In this document: positions 12,545-26,408 of the stretch, piece by piece
Numbering within the stretch: the stretch's first letter is position 1
How the letters are laid out: each line of letters begins with the position of its first letter
DNA from: Camelus ferus
Taxonomy: Eukaryota
Assembly: GCF_009834535.1 (NCBI RefSeq)
Contig: NC_045698.1
Coordinates: 1,490,001 to 1,554,000 of the forward strand
Length of the DNA stretch: 64,000 nt
Reading direction: 5' to 3'
Made by a program: the position numbers and the translations under genes
The notes under the pieces: generated by a model
What the model was told of the DNA's origin: nothing
Database searches by the model: none
The model's input: only the letters and a program-made list of their open reading frames with translations

Positions 12545-12625
12545 CGTGTGCTGTCGCCACAGCTGCACCCCGGGACCCAGACGTGCCTGGCGTGTGATCA
12601 GCACTCGGTCAATCTTGCTGAGTAT
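12545..12625 (+). mobile_element. LINE-2 3' end fragment
   Basis: cacagctgcaccccgggacccagacgtgcctggcgtgtgatcagcactcggtcaatcttgctgagt resembles the L2 terminus actgctgtatccccagcgcctagaacagtgcctggcacatagtaggcgctcaataaatatttgttgaat. Confidence 0.55.
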
Positions 12626-15600
12626 TTGCGATACCGGGGACCCATGTCTCATAAACATGCTGTCACCACTTAACTCAATTTTCTACAAAACAAAATCTAT
12701 TCTAACTACTTTTGAATAATCTCCTCCAGAATCCACATCAGGGGCCCCCGCGTAGTTCAGTCCACCCCCTAACAAGATCATTTTGTCAACTGAATATCTG
12801 ATGTTCACGGATCCAGTCCAACCCAGACGACTAACGTGGATTCCCTTTCTGCACCAGGCTGCCAGCATTTTCTGGGTCCACTCCACGCTGTTTACAAGGT
12901 GAATGAAGCCACAGCGTGTAAGGCAGGGGAGAGGGCGGGAGTCGCTCCTAAGGGCGCCCCTTTGACGGCTGGCATCCTGCTGGTCGACACCCTTGAGTGA
13001 GCTTCTCCCCAGAGTCAACAAAGTGCTTTTCCAGAAATAGACACTTTCTCACTCACAAGTGGGGACAAGAGACTAACTCGCCATCTCAATATTGGATGGA
13101 TGAGAAATCCAGTGAAGTAAAATCTCTTTTTTATGTGATAAGAGGTTCAGATAAGAAATGAAACAGCAGGTGACGTTGGATGGAAGGCTGGGCTGTGCAC
13201 AGCGGGGCTCACTCGTCTGTCTCTGGGCTGGACTGCGCGGGCCACTGCGGGTCTCCTCTGGGTGGGCCCCTCCCCCGGGGATGGGGACAGTGAGACCGCA
13301 TCGCGGGGTCCAGACAAGAGGGTGCGGCTGCCTCAGGTGGAGACTGCATCGCACCTCTCACCTGACACCTCATCGGGTGGACGGAAGACGTGCGTGCAGA
13401 CCTGCAGGCTCTCCAGAGGTCAGCGCCTGCTTATTCTGGACACGATTTTGAACCCGAGTGGCAAGTTTATGATGGCTGGAAAAAACACACATGCACACAC
13501 ATGCGCGTCACACCCAACCCCCCACCCCGCTCACACACACGTGTAAATACCGTCAGGACGGGCCTTTCCAGCGCTCACACTGAGCTGGACTCGTGGACGA
13601 CCTGGTCTCCTGGAAACTCAGACAGCATTACTGTCAGCACCATTCTCCAAATGCCCTTGCTTTTGGCAAAGCCCTGAAGCAGCCAGGTTTAAAACTTCCT
13701 TTTGGAGTTACATTCGTAAGGTGCTTTGCTCTGTCCGGGGGAAGTCGTGATCACGGTGGAACATGTCTTCACGCAGCAGGCGGTAGCTCGCCCATCTTTC
13801 GTTCCTCTTGGGACCTCAGCAGTCACGCTGTAGGTCCCTTACGCAGCTGTGCCAATCCTCATAGATCTGACCGTGCCCCCGAAAGCCTGCTGCCCCCCAG
13901 ATCGTGGGACCAAGAGTTATAGACACCCTGGGAACCGCTCTTCTCCCCTTGGCCCGACAGGGCCCAGGGGGCAAAAGTGCTGGGGAGGCTGGAGTAGGGA
14001 CAGAGGGGCCACATCCGGCTCCTGCTTTTTACCTTCTATGTGGAAAGTCCCGAGGGCCATGCTGCCCTCCACGGTTCCCGCCAAGCTGCCTGTTGCAGGG
14101 TCCACGGTGGTTCCCGGAAGCAGAGGGTCCTGCTCTCAGAGGCTCTGACAGTCCTGGGAGCCCGAGATCCCGGTGTCCCGTGTGCTCCCAGGAAACGGCC
14201 AGCTGGCTGGGCAGCTGGTCCAGTGGGCTCTGAAGCACAGCTTTTCTGACCCCAGGCAGCACCCTGGTCTCCTCGCTACCGTGGAGAGATGCTCTCCCTC
14301 CCTTGGACGTGATGCCCCCAGCTCAGCACAGGAAAATGCGGGCTTTGTTTACAGTATTGACCAAAGCATTGATCTATAGAATAAATTAAAATTGATCATC
14401 CTATTGCTGGTGTGTCGGCATTCTGTGATTTCAAAAAAAGAAAACAGAGTGTGTGTCAAGAAGAGTGAGGACCCCGAGAGCTACAGAACAGGCCAGGTGC
14501 AGAGTGCTATCGACCCGTGACCTGGAGGGACCGAGCCAGGCTTGTCGTGCGTGTCAGCTTCCATTTTCAGCCAGACCTGGATGCAGACGCGAAGTTCCAC
14601 CAAGGATCCTGGCATCCTGGCATGTTGGGAAGAACCCTGACTATCCAGGAAGGTGTGCACGGGAGACACAGACCATGATGACGCCTGGATTCTGGTTTTA
14701 TGTCTTCATGGTAAGGGGAGGATGGTCGTGTATTTTGGGAAAAGGCAGTTACTAGAACAGCTCCCAAGAACGCCCTCTGAGGACGCATTGGTGGGAGATG
14801 GGAGGCGGACCTGGGCCCTCTGACCCATGTCCAGGTTGCTCCCTCCCCCCGGGCCGTGCCCCAGCTGCTGTCCCTGCATCGTCCCTGGGCAATGAGCAGG
14901 TGTCCTTGCAGTAGAGTCTGAGTCTGGCATCTCAGCCACCGCCTGCGAAACCCTGAGAGCCATCCTGCTGCTCCAACGGCACGATCGCCTGCTCCTGGTG
15001 GCCGAGATCCTGTCCGACGGAAAGAGACAGGTGCCCTGAGTCGGGGAGGGACCAGTGACGGGGCAGAGGGCTGGGCTGAGCAGCACCCCAGTCTCCTGCG
15101 TGTCTGGACAGTCATGTGCTCCCGGACAATCACGGGGCGAGAACTGAAATCCTTGCTCTTTAACAGTCCCTGCACCCACGTGGGACACAGAAGGGCGCAG
15201 GCAGGGGTGGGCGGGGAGCGTCCTGCATGCAGTCATCTGGATGCTCGTGAAGACAGGATGTGATCCTGTGCAAACGCATGTGTCTCTGAGTCTGGACCAG
15301 CTGGGGAGCCGGACGCCCCAGGTCAGGACGTCAGGTCGGTGTGATGAGCTGGGACCTGAGCGACCAGAACACCCCAAGGGGCTTGCACTCGCAACATCCA
15401 GCTGTGGGAAACGTACTCAGTAAACAGAGCGCAGGGAGAGGGCTTTCGAGGACGGATTATGTGCACCTTCAACAATCAGGAGCCTTTGAAAGCGCTTCGA
15501 GGAGGAGGTGCTGACCGGTCAGGGCTCGGTGCAGGGCCCCGTGGGGCGAGGCACTCAGGACGGCCCCGAGGCGGAGCGTGGGCGTGGGCACAGCGAGGAT

Positions 15601-18600
15601 GCCCCGCTTGTTACGGGACAAGCGGCTGCTTCCTGGGTCCCCCCACTCAGCCTTCAGTCCCCACGGTCTCACCCCTGAGAACTCAGGCTGAAACGGGCAG
15701 CTCTGAGTGGTGAATGAAATGTACCTCGCCCCAGGTCCGAAACAAACCCTGAATCACATTTTCGCTTTGATGGGCCTGAGCTGGCAAACATTTTCACGGG
15801 AAGTGAATTTCCTGGCAAATTCCAACCTTGTAAAACCTGGTTAGGATACAGAGTTCTCTCTGACACAGGGTTGCCCGGCGTCCCCATCTGCCCGGGTGGC
15901 AGTGCGTCACTGCCATCCCAGTGCGTCTGTGCTCTGGGGACGCCCACAGCGCTGGGGACCGGGGTCTGGGGGTGATGCTGACCTCCCACCTCAGGGTCTT
16001 CGACGGGACCTCGAGTCCTTGGCACACTTTAGCAGGTTCCCCAAGTTCCCCCGGCCGGTGGAAGGGCCATCTCCTCCCGGAGTTTGGAATCTGAAAAGAG
16101 CATCTGAGAAAAGAGCACGTGGGAGAAAGCAGGGCCCAGGCAGTTGTTGTAACTGCGCTGGACGGCGATGCAGCTCTGGAGGCGCGAGCTGGGGACATTT
16201 TCTCTTCCTTCGAGTCTCCGAAGCAACATCTCTTTGAAATACGTGGGTATAACGTTCAGGGTTTGGATCACACAGCCAGTCTAGATCCATTAGAACTCTC
16301 CTCTCCCTCAAATGCACCTGGAAATGATAAAAAAAAGACAAACCCAGCTGCCTATTTTGAGTAATGCTGGCAAAGTTTTCCAAGAAGTGTGCGGTTCGCT
16401 CGCACAGCTGAGCGGGGTCAGGGGTGTTGTCAGCTCGGCGCGCAGGGCGTTTGGTGCGGGATCGCTGCTCCCGGGGGCCAGGCTCGCTGCCCTGGTATCT
16501 CAGGTTCTGCAGTTTAAAGCCCAGCGTCTGCCAGGAGCTGCTCTCACCGCTGCTGTGAAACACATCAGCTGAACATTGTAGAAACAAAGGGGCCCACACA
16601 GCCGCCCAGATTTCTGAACACTTAAAAAAATGCACATCAAAGAGCACATGTGGGGGTCGTTCTGCGTCTTGAACTAGTAGGAACACTTTCATTTAAACAC
16701 TTGAGATATTTTTATAAACGCGGAGCTGTGCGCCTGCCTTACACAACGTGCGGCAGCGCCTCTTCGCGGAAACAAGTAACTGAGCGGCGATGCACTGGAC
16801 GCAGCCTCCCCGGGGGGCGCACAGCGGAGGGGCGTGGAGCTGCAGGCCGGCCAGCACCCTGCAGAGCCAGCGGCCTTGGGGAGCGCGTGTGCACATGCGT
16901 GTGCACGCTGGGGCAGAGGGTCGGCATAGGACCAACCCTCAGGGCACCCGCAGGCGCCACGTCGTAGGGCCTCTCCCAGGACGTGAGTCTGGTGCAGGTT
17001 GCGAGGAGGTGCTGCCTTCACCCCAGGACGAGCGTGGCTTTCTTCCCTTCTGCAACCTGCCCCCCGCTGTGAGGGACGGGCATCCTGGGTCCTGCCCCGA
17101 CCCTGCAGACTCAGGGGTCTTTTGGTGCCTACAGGAAGGGATGGGCGACTCTCCAAAACAAGAGAAAACAGAGAAACAGTCAATGTGCTGGGTCCTAATC
17201 TGTTTGGCCAGCTCTACCCGGAATATTCCAAACTAAGACTCATGCGCGTAATCTCATCAACCACCAGCCTCTCTCTGGAGCAGACGGACATCACAACCTT
17301 TGTAATAAGGCCGAAGCCGGGCTCACGGGGCTGGGTGGTCTAGCCACACGTCTCCTGGGGACTTTGCAGTAACTACTCAACCACATCTTCCCTGTGACGG
17401 CAGAGTTTAGATCTGCGGGGTCCCTGTTACATTTGGCCTCCTCTGCGCCATGTCACTGAATCGACTCGCATCAGTTAAACGCATGATGAAAGCAGGGAGA
17501 GGCGACCTCCGAGTGCCCAGAGCACACCCTCTCCCCAGAGGCCCTGGGGAAGCCCTCTCTGAGCTTCTGCATCTGCGCTGGGGGCTCCGAGACCCACAAG
17601 GAGCGGGCAGCGGCCCGGACGAACCCTGCGGCTCTCCACTCACCTGCCTGAGGTCCTGCCTTTGCCTGACGGACTCAGAGAGCAGGGGCGGCTCTGGCGC
17701 GTGGACGCAGTGCTGAAGGGAGGAGCGTCTGCTCAGGGGCCGGCGCCAGGCGGGGACGCCCGTGCTGGAGCCTCGGCAGGGCTGCGATGGGGGACAGGGC
17801 ACGCGTCAGTGAGGGCCGGCGAGGTGGCGCGGGCAGGGTCTGTGGACAAATGGCCTTCCTCCCTCAGTCTCTGATCCTGGTGTCCCTTAGGGATGAAGCA
17901 CGTGGACGGATGTCCCAGGCTGGACATTCATAAGCAAGCTGCGCCAGCGCGGTGTCTCGCAGACCTCGTGCTCAGTTCTGCCGTCTGCAGAGAGCGGGAT
18001 CCGCTGTGCTGAAAACCCAGTTACTAATGCATGAAGAGGCCTGGCTGAGTGCCGAGGGCGTGGTCCTTCCCATCATTGTCACGTTTTCTTACCAGGATCC
18101 CCATCAAACAAAAGGGCAGGTAGACTTTCCCTGAGGCAGGAGCTCACGTGGCTCTGGGAGGTGGGTGACCCGGGGCCACTGGGATGCTGGATCCTGGCCG
18201 GCGGGTCAGCTCGGTGCGCGGGGAGGCTACTGTTACTCCCCGGGGACAGGGAGGGGCTGCGGATGCCGCGCGGGCGGGGGTCAGGGGCAGGGAGCCCTGC
18301 CTTCGGCTCTGTCATGTGACCGCTGGGCAGCACCCAGCAGAGGCCCCCCTCCTCCTGAAAGTCCCCCCAGGCAGGTCGAAGAAGACCCTCCTAGGGTGAC
18401 GTGGGGAGAGGGGCTCCTGCCTCCCCGCAATGCGGGGAGCCCACCCCTCTGCGCACACGATCCCCTGCCCTCTGCTGGCAGGAAGGACGGTCTGGGGCAA
18501 GGAGTCACTGGGTCAGGGTCCGCCTGGCTCAGCAGAAATCCAGTGGCTTCCCCACCCGGCCTCTCTCTCTAGTGGGGTCTCAGTGGGGGCAGCCCTGGAC

Positions 18601-18900
18601 CCTAGGGTGAGGCACCCCCAAATGCAGACCTTGGGGCACACTTGGGAGGATGAATTACTCTGTGACGCAGCCTCCTCACTGGTCCAGCTGATGGCTTTTC
18701 CTCTGGGACCGAGTCCCGCAGAAGCCAGAGGAGGGCGGAACCAGTAAGGCACTTGCTGTGGCAAAAGGTTCGAGGGACGCTGACAGCCTCAGTTATCAAG
18801 GAAAATCATATTTAATGCTGCACTTCAGAAAATCGGAAGGAACGCTAACACAGGTCCCTGCAAACACCTGAAGTTACTCCGAGGACTGCAGTCACCATGG

Positions 18901-19096
18901 CAGGGCCCGTGGTGGGCTGAGCCGAGCCACTGCCGACTCTGAGGGGGAGGCCACGGTGCAGCACGGACCCCGCGCTGATGTAACTTCCTGTGTTCGGCCG
19001 CCGTGGGTTTGCTGCATGAATTTTGATATCCTTAAATTACAGTATTATTTATCTTGATGGATTGAGCTTTGGGGACCCCTAAACATCATGCCTGAG
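18901..19096 (+). mobile_element. MER96B-like hAT DNA transposon fragment
   Basis: Starts with cagggcc and contains tgcatgaattttgat...tattatttatcttgat...gagctttggggacccctaaa...tgcctgag. It is cut off by the MLT1 that follows. Confidence 0.5.
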
Positions 19097-19097
19097 A

Positions 19098-19340
19098 TGC
19101 TGTGGGTTGAATGGGGTCTCTCCCCAATTCACACGGTGAAGTCATAACCTCCAAAGCCTCAGAATGTGAGCTTGTCAGGAAGGGGGTCACTGCTGATGTC
19201 ACGAGTTACGATGTGGTCACACTGGAGGAAGTGGACCCTGATCCAGGAGGACTGGTGTCCTGGAGAGAAGAGGACGTTTGGACACAGATACATGGGGAGG
19301 CACCTGTGAGTGTGAAGGCAGACTGGGCGATGCTTCTCCG
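19098..19340 (+). mobile_element. MLT1 (ERVL-MaLR) LTR, 5' part
   Basis: tgctgtgggttgaatggggtctctccccaattcacacggtgaagtcataacctcc...cctcagaatgtga...gactggtgtcctggagagaagagga...gtgaaggcagactggg. Confidence 0.85.
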
Positions 19341-22300
19341 CCAGGTCCCCAGGTGAACGCTGGAGCACGTCGCTGTGGGGAGCGAAGCATGCCGGTCCCC
19401 AAGGAGTCCAGGTGGGACCCTGGGCACACGTGGTGTTCCTCCTCCTGCGACCTCCTGGGATGTCCCCACCCTGCGTGTGTGGTGCGGGTGTTGGTAGGTA
19501 CACAGGACGTGAGACTGGACGTGTGGCACGGGAAGCCAATTGGCGACTCTCAGGTGGGAGGTTGGGAGGCGGGGTGGGGAGCAGCAGGGCATGGACACCC
19601 GCTGCGTCCGTGAGGCCCAGGCAGGGCTGCCACCCTCGGGAGGCGGCGCCTGCCCGGCTGCCCGGTGCATCCTGAGTCCCAGGGCCTCTCGCCCACGGTG
19701 CCCACATGCCCACGCTCACTCCCTGGTCTGGAGCTCAGTGAGGCCGTGCCTGCAGGTCCAAGCTCCCCCGGAGCTGCTGCTCCTGCAGAAGTCGCACCGC
19801 CAAGTCCATGGCCCTGTGCCTTGTGGAGAAGGAGGCGACCCCACAATGAGGGAGCAGGGCTGAGAGCATGCCTGGCCGGCCCAGTCCCCGGAGAGCCCTC
19901 TTCTCCTGCGCAGACACCACCCCCGCCGGACTCTTCACCAGGCTCTCCTGGGTCACAAGGGGGACATGAAGAAGCAGACGGCTTCACCCCCACTCACCTC
20001 CGCTCCTAAGCAGCCTGTGCTCTGCCTGGTTCTCCGGGCCCCGAGGGACCTAAGTCTCTGTCGCTTTCCCGGAAATTTACTTAGATTCACCCCGTCCCCT
20101 GCTGGCCTCAAGCCTGCCTGGCGGGTCCCAGGCTCCAGATGGGGAAGAACCTTTCCTGTGCACAGAGGGTTGGGGCCGTGTGACCCTTGGTCCAGAGGGG
20201 CCCTTGGGGGCAAGACTCACCTGGGCCGGGATGAGCCCATCTGTCCAGGGGTCCTTCTTAGACGCTGCCCTGGCCCTGGGGTGGCCCTCAGCCTGACATG
20301 CTGTCCCCAGCTGCCCTCTGGGACCCCACCTTCCTCCACTGCTCAAGGACCCGACCCTGTTTCCATGGGGTTCAAGACCCCTGTTCCGACCTTGCCTTGC
20401 GGAAAAGTGTACAAACCCATGCTTACCGAGGGCGCCCCCCGAAACTGGCCCTGACAGACCCTGAATTAGACGTCACATTTGACTTTTTCCTCACGGCCAC
20501 CAGTTCTGACTGCTGGGCCAGCTGCTGGTGGGGGTTTATTGTCAGTGGAGGCTGAACGTCTTTCTTCATCTCATTCGAATTTGCTTTCTCACCTGGTGGT
20601 GAGAACAGGGCTGCAAAGCTTGGTCAGAGCGTCATGACTGTAGAAAGATCCAGAATCACCGCGCCCATTAGTAGGGTCCAGAGCGAGCCGGACATGGCCC
20701 CCGAGGCTCGGTCCGCATCGCGCTGGCGGTGTTGCGGGGTCGCACGCGTCTCTTTGTGGGGGTTTGGTGCGACCAGGCTGTCCCTTGCGGTGCTTCGATA
20801 CTATTTTGTTGCCCTGATAGGATGATGGTGCCGTCTACTTAGGAATCAAAGTGAATTTCTACATTTTATGGCAAGTTGTTAATTGGGTCATTTTCTTCTT
20901 CTTACCCGTCCCACCCTCTCTTCTAAGGACTTCTTTTGCCTTGACGCTCGGTGGCCAGTACACTAATTTCAGACTTAAACTTCGCAGCCTTCCCCATTAA
21001 CCTGATCCCTGTTGCAGGAGCTGGGCCCAGCGGTGGGGGGTGGGGGGTGGCGTCTCTGATCAGGACGAAGAGGACAAGGACGGGGCAATGACCCCCCGTG
21101 TTGCCCTCCTAAAGAAGCCCTGATCGCCGAGATGCAATTCCATTCCTCTCTCACCCTTTGATTTTTTTTTTTAAGAACAAGATCAAATGTTTTGTATCAG
21201 TGTCAGGTTTTTATAACCATATAGAATAAATATTTTAAAGTCTGTAATTCAAAGAGGTGGCGGGCGGAGGCTGAGTCAGCACACCTGGGTCAGGGGTGAG
21301 TGCGAGCAGGGCTGCCTTCTCGGGGCTGGGCGCTTGTGCAGGCAGACGTGAACAAGCCTCGTGCATGGGGTCAGAGGCTGGTCCCGACCGGTTGATCAGG
21401 TCTTGGGTATTTGCAGGATAAACGGTGACCTGGCTTAAAGCTCCTTCTTTGCAGCCTCCCAGCCCATGCCGGCCCCCAGCCTGTCCGCATCTTGTGTGTC
21501 AGCCTCCACTCCTTTTCCCTGGGCTGCCCGCAGCAGTGACACACGGATGCTGCTCAGTGAACACGGCACCGAGCGGTCCGTGCCCGTGACTCTGGGACAT
21601 AGGACTTTGGTGAGAGGCTGTCACTGCGTCGACACAGACACACACTGCTAGTGATTTTAGTGCCCTCGTGGTGCAGCTGGACTTTTTAAGTTTCCCTAAA
21701 ACCTGCCTCAAACGTGGCCCTTGGCTGCCAGTCCTCGGTCTTTTCTGGGTGTGAGAGAGGACCCCAGGTGACACTTTCTCCTCTTTCCAATTGAATAATG
21801 CAGAATTTTTAAAAAACTTTTGGCAACATTCTTTTTTGTTTTTCAGTCCCTTAACCATCCAACATGGCTTTGGAGAATGTACACAGGAGCATCCGCGTCC
21901 TCCTGGACAGCACGGCCCACATGCAGGTCGGGGTCTGTGTGAGTTTCTGCAACATGCGCCTTTCTTCCGAGGCTCCCACGCTTCCTCTGGGACGACGGGG
22001 CAGGACACTCTGCTGTGGGGGGGTCCCCTTCCCGAGGGGACTGTGTCACCTGGAGGACGGCACCTTCTTTCTGGTTGTGCCAATTACGGGTCTGCTTGCG
22101 AGTCAGAAGTCAGCTGCTCTGAACCAACTGCCTGGATTTTCAAACTTGGTCCTTGATGTGGGGAGACGCCGGACAGCTGAGGGGTGAGCCTTCCGCCCAC
22201 GTCCTGCTGTCTCCTGTGCTCCCACAGGAGGGCCGCCTCTTGTGATGCAGAATTCCTGTCCGTCAAGAAACGCACTTTAAATCCATTCAAAATTATCTTT

Positions 22301-23422
22301 GAGAAAGATGTCTAAATACTGTAATTCCCCTACTGCCCTAACAAAGGCTCTATTCAAAGTCCTCACAGCATTGCCATGTTTGCGCTCCCCCCAAAAGTAA
22401 ACATTGCTGCCCAAGCCTGCCGAGGAGCCTTAAGCAAGTCCATTGTTCAGTCAGAACTGGTGACAACAGGTGACAATTAGGGCTTCTTTGCAAAAGCAGA
22501 GTAGTGTTCCACACACACCGCTCCTAGGACTCGGTGATGCACGAGCTGCAAGCAAAGTACCCCACAGGAGGCGGAGAGAACCGAGCGTGTGTCCTGCGCG
22601 CCCGCACAGTCCCCGGGCGGATGGGTGCACAGGGCAGCAGGATCAGCCCCATTCGGAGCAAGCATCTCTCCACATGCCCCCGGAATCAGGCTGACTGCGC
22701 GGAAGTAAGCGTATGTTGCTCAGACCCGAGGGAAACAGAGGCTCCTGTGTCCACGTGCGTGGTGGGCGTGACTCTGTCCTGCAGGTCCCGCGAGCCCAGG
22801 CCCCCTGATGGGACACGCAGACGCTCCGGACAGCGACGGGTCGTGTTCTGGGTGTCTTTCCGCCGCTTTGGCCACAGCCCTTCTCCCGCCATGAGGACAC
22901 TCGGCAGCAGACGCCGCCTGGTGGGGCCTGTCTTCACCAGATGCTCCTTCCCTTTGGGGTGACTCCAGTGTTGCCGGAGTCACATGTGTCCCCCGCTCTC
23001 TCCCTTCGTTTGGAATTCTGAGAGCAGAGAGAGAGATTAACCACCGGCGCCTCCTCTGTGCTCCCATTTTCAGACTCAGCAGGTCAGTAGAGCTGCTTCC
23101 ACGGCCTGAGATATGAGCAGCGCAGGTCCCGGGTGAAGCACCCCGGGGCCCAGCGGGGGAGCCCCGGGCCGGGCTGCACGCTGGCTCTAGTTTGCATGCC
23201 ATTGATCTCTCTGCCCATTTCAAGCTCATCGCTTGTTTGCAAGATGTGTGCGCTCCTCCCTCCGCTCTGTGAGTGCAGCATCCTTCAGGAGAAGTGAGAT
23301 TTCTCAGGCGCAGGCTGCGTCCTGTCCTCGGGCTGATATTCAGCTCCTGCTGTTATTTCACATTTGAATAAAGCGTCTGCATGGGAACCGGAGTCCAGAG
23401 AGCTTTTGAACCTGAGGCTTGG

Positions 23423-23449
23423 TTTTTTTTTTTTTTTTTTTTTTTTTTT
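23423..23449. repeat. Poly(T) tract
   Basis: Uninterrupted run of about 27 T. Confidence 0.95.
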
Positions 23450-26083
23450 CATTTTGGAAGAAACTCAAAAGATGTGAAAGCCCCTAATACCAGGAAGCTG
23501 TTGGTTCTTACGGACAGAGCGATCAGCAGGAACCACCAGGGTGAACCCCCAACCAGATCCCCACAACCAGATGCAGACGTGGGCCTGCCCAGCAACTTGA
23601 CCTTCGACGCACGATGGCGGGGCACCCCCGCTTCCTCCTCCCTCCCACGCGGACGGAAGGGGAGTGTTCTGGCCACCCAGCTCTGGGTCCCTTGTCCCTC
23701 TGGGTAGAAATGCAATCCCCTGTTTGCTTCTGTGAGGATCTGAACACAAACATTAACCTTCATAACAGAAGCAGAAATAAGTTTCTCCCGTGTGACTGTG
23801 CGGCTCTGCCTTCCCCAGCAGAGACGTTAACTGACCCTTGGCCAAGTGCACACATCCTGCCCGGGGCTGACCCGGGCGCTGTCCAGACGCTTTCATCTCC
23901 TCCAAGTCCCTGCCCCGATCGCATCTCACTTACACGGCGGACCGTGGAGGTGCGTGTAGTGCAGCCAGACCTCCCAGAGCTGGAGAAACAGCACCCCTCA
24001 CATTCTAATTCCATCCTGCAGACCCAGAACTCTCTAGCAATGGCCTGGGCTTAATATTTCCACTTTACGGAGAGTCAGACGTTTGCGAATGCAGCCAGTG
24101 CCGAGCAGCTCCGCGTCGGGAGATGCACGTGCCGCTCACGCTAGTGAACTCGCTCAGCACCAGGGAGAAGCGGGGCCGGTTCACACAAGGCCAGGCAGCT
24201 GTGAACGCTGTTAAACTTGCTGTTTTTATTATGATTCTGTCCCAGGGATGTGCACTGACAGATCCCAATACGGAAACCCCTCCTCCCCAGTCCCCCAAGA
24301 CAACCAGGGATGAATCTGTTCTCTTATAGACAGGAGTTCCCACTGGGCCAGACGCATCTTGGAACGCGGTGGCTGTGAGCGGGCCAGGCCCCAGCCCGTC
24401 CTGCTCCCCACCTGTGAGCAGCTCACACCTGCAGAGAATGGGGACGAGGGGACAGAAGGGCCTGCTAGCTGACTAGGAGCGGCCCCATGAGGCTCTAAGG
24501 CAGCTCGCAATGGGTCAGGAGGCCCTCGTGGAGTCTGAGTGCCACGGCACCAGGTGCCTCCTTCAGTCCCTAGCTCCCCTGTCCTCCCCTCCCGCGCCTA
24601 CCAACCTCATAGCCCCTGACCAGCCCCCAGCTTCCGGGCAGCGGCTGAGCTCATCACCTGTGTGGGAATCTGAGGGTACGACAGGACCAGTGTGGCTGCG
24701 GGGACAAATGAGACCTTTGTCCAGACCAGCAGGAGGGACCTTTGGGCAGGGAGGGTTCTGGTCCTTCGGAATCCACTTGTGCAATGAGGCCCTGGCCACT
24801 CAGCCCCAGGCAAACCTGTCCTGCATTCAGTCCCAAAGGAACATTCCAGGGACTCAACTCAGCAGGGGAACTCCCCACCCTCCCTCCCACACCTCAGTCC
24901 TCCCGCTGGAATGTGGTGAAGTTCTCCCAAAGGCCCTGGGTCAGAATGTGGCCACATGACTTCCAAGAGTCCACACTTTGCGTTTAGATTCAAAAGGCTG
25001 AGATGCCCCTTTAAACGTCTTTCTGAATCATCGAGAATGAACTTTTTTCTCTTTTCCACCAGAGGGAATGCTGGTATGGGGTCACCATCATTCCTTCTGC
25101 TGCTTCGGCCCCTGAGTTAAAACAATGTTGTGATATTTAAGATGAAAAGACAGGAGGGCCTGTGGAAAAGAAATCGATCTCCCTGCACATTGAGGATGTG
25201 GCGTCAGTATGAGTTAAGTTTCTCATTTCTGCCAAAAGGGTTTCTGATCCTGGCTTTCCAGGCAAGACTTTCATGCAGCTTTTGACTTTTGAGAGGAGTT
25301 TCGAGTCACACCTGAAGCAAAGCTGAGTGCCTGACTGCCTTTAACCTCGGCAAGGCCTCCCGGGTGGGGCTCCACGGTGAGCCACCTCTGCTGTCGCTAA
25401 CTTCCCCCTTGAATGTGCTCTCCGACAAAATGCTGATGCTACCTGAGCGGCTGATGGCTCTCCGGCTGGATCAGACTTGAAAACTGTAATTTGAAAAAGG
25501 GGGACCTCTGCTTCACGGAGGCCCAGGCTGCCTCCTTTTCCTTTTCAAAAGCAGTTGTCAGAGGGCTTCTTTTAAACCGGCGCTGACGCTCTTGGTCCAG
25601 GGATTTGAAATCCTGTCAAATACTAAAGGCCCATCTTTATCTTTAAAATATACTTTTAAATTCGGTACTCTGCGAGCGTTTTAGTCCCTGGATGTTTTTA
25701 AGCGACATTAAACAGCGAGTGAATTAGACCCAGCAGGAATCACTAAATGGAAATGTATGTTTTAAAAATAATTGATTCAGGTGGGTACGCTGAGCTGGGA
25801 GCCCGCGGGAAGAGCGTGGCCAGGGTCCCAGCTCAGGCCGCCCTGCGGAACCACGAGGGGCCACTTAACTCCCGCCAGCAGGGACCCCGCCGGGAGCGGC
25901 TCAGGAGAGGCGCCGCCCTGGACGCAGTCACGGTGCATGAATTGACCCACAATCGGGCAACGATGGAGAGGCCGGTAGGAACCAGAACGAGCATGCAAAA
26001 CTGAAGCCAATAGCGGGGCTCTCAACAGGGCGTGTGGGAATAAAGTGAGAAAAAGTGAATTCTCCAATTAAAATGTGAACAAC

Positions 26084-26253
26084 CTGTAAAGCACAGGGGA
26101 TTATAGTCTATTTCCTGTAAAAACATATAATGGAAAAGAATCTGAAAAGAAAAAATACATATATGTATGCATATGTATAACTGAATCACTTGGCTGTGCA
26201 TGGAAAACTAAATCAACTACACTTCAATAAAAAATAAAAAAAATACAACCAAA
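26084..26253 (+). mobile_element. Short 5'-truncated artiodactyl-type L1 3' end with TSD
   Basis: ctgtaaagcacagggg...tataatggaaaagaatctgaaaa...tataactgaatcacttggctgt...tcaactacacttcaataaaaaa. TSD aaaatgtgaacaac (26070-26083) / aaaatgtgaataac (26254-26267) at a tt/aaaa endonuclease site. Confidence 0.88.
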
Positions 26254-26408
26254 AAAATGTGAATAACACAATTGTTTTGTTTTCTTTTATTATAATTGAG
26301 AGCCTTGACAACTGTCCTTGCCTCCTGCGGTGACAGGCTCCTTCGCAAACTGCGTGATCCCCACCCCCTGTCCTCCGGTTCACCCCCCTCCAACCAGGCA
26401 CCAACCCA

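Noticed and set aside
13195..13330. Possible GC-shifted MIR core
   Set aside because: Similarity is too weak to call by eye.
15991..16692. 233-aa and overlapping ORFs with normal-looking composition
   Set aside because: No recognisable homology and no convincing splice or start context. The region is better explained as non-coding regulatory DNA.
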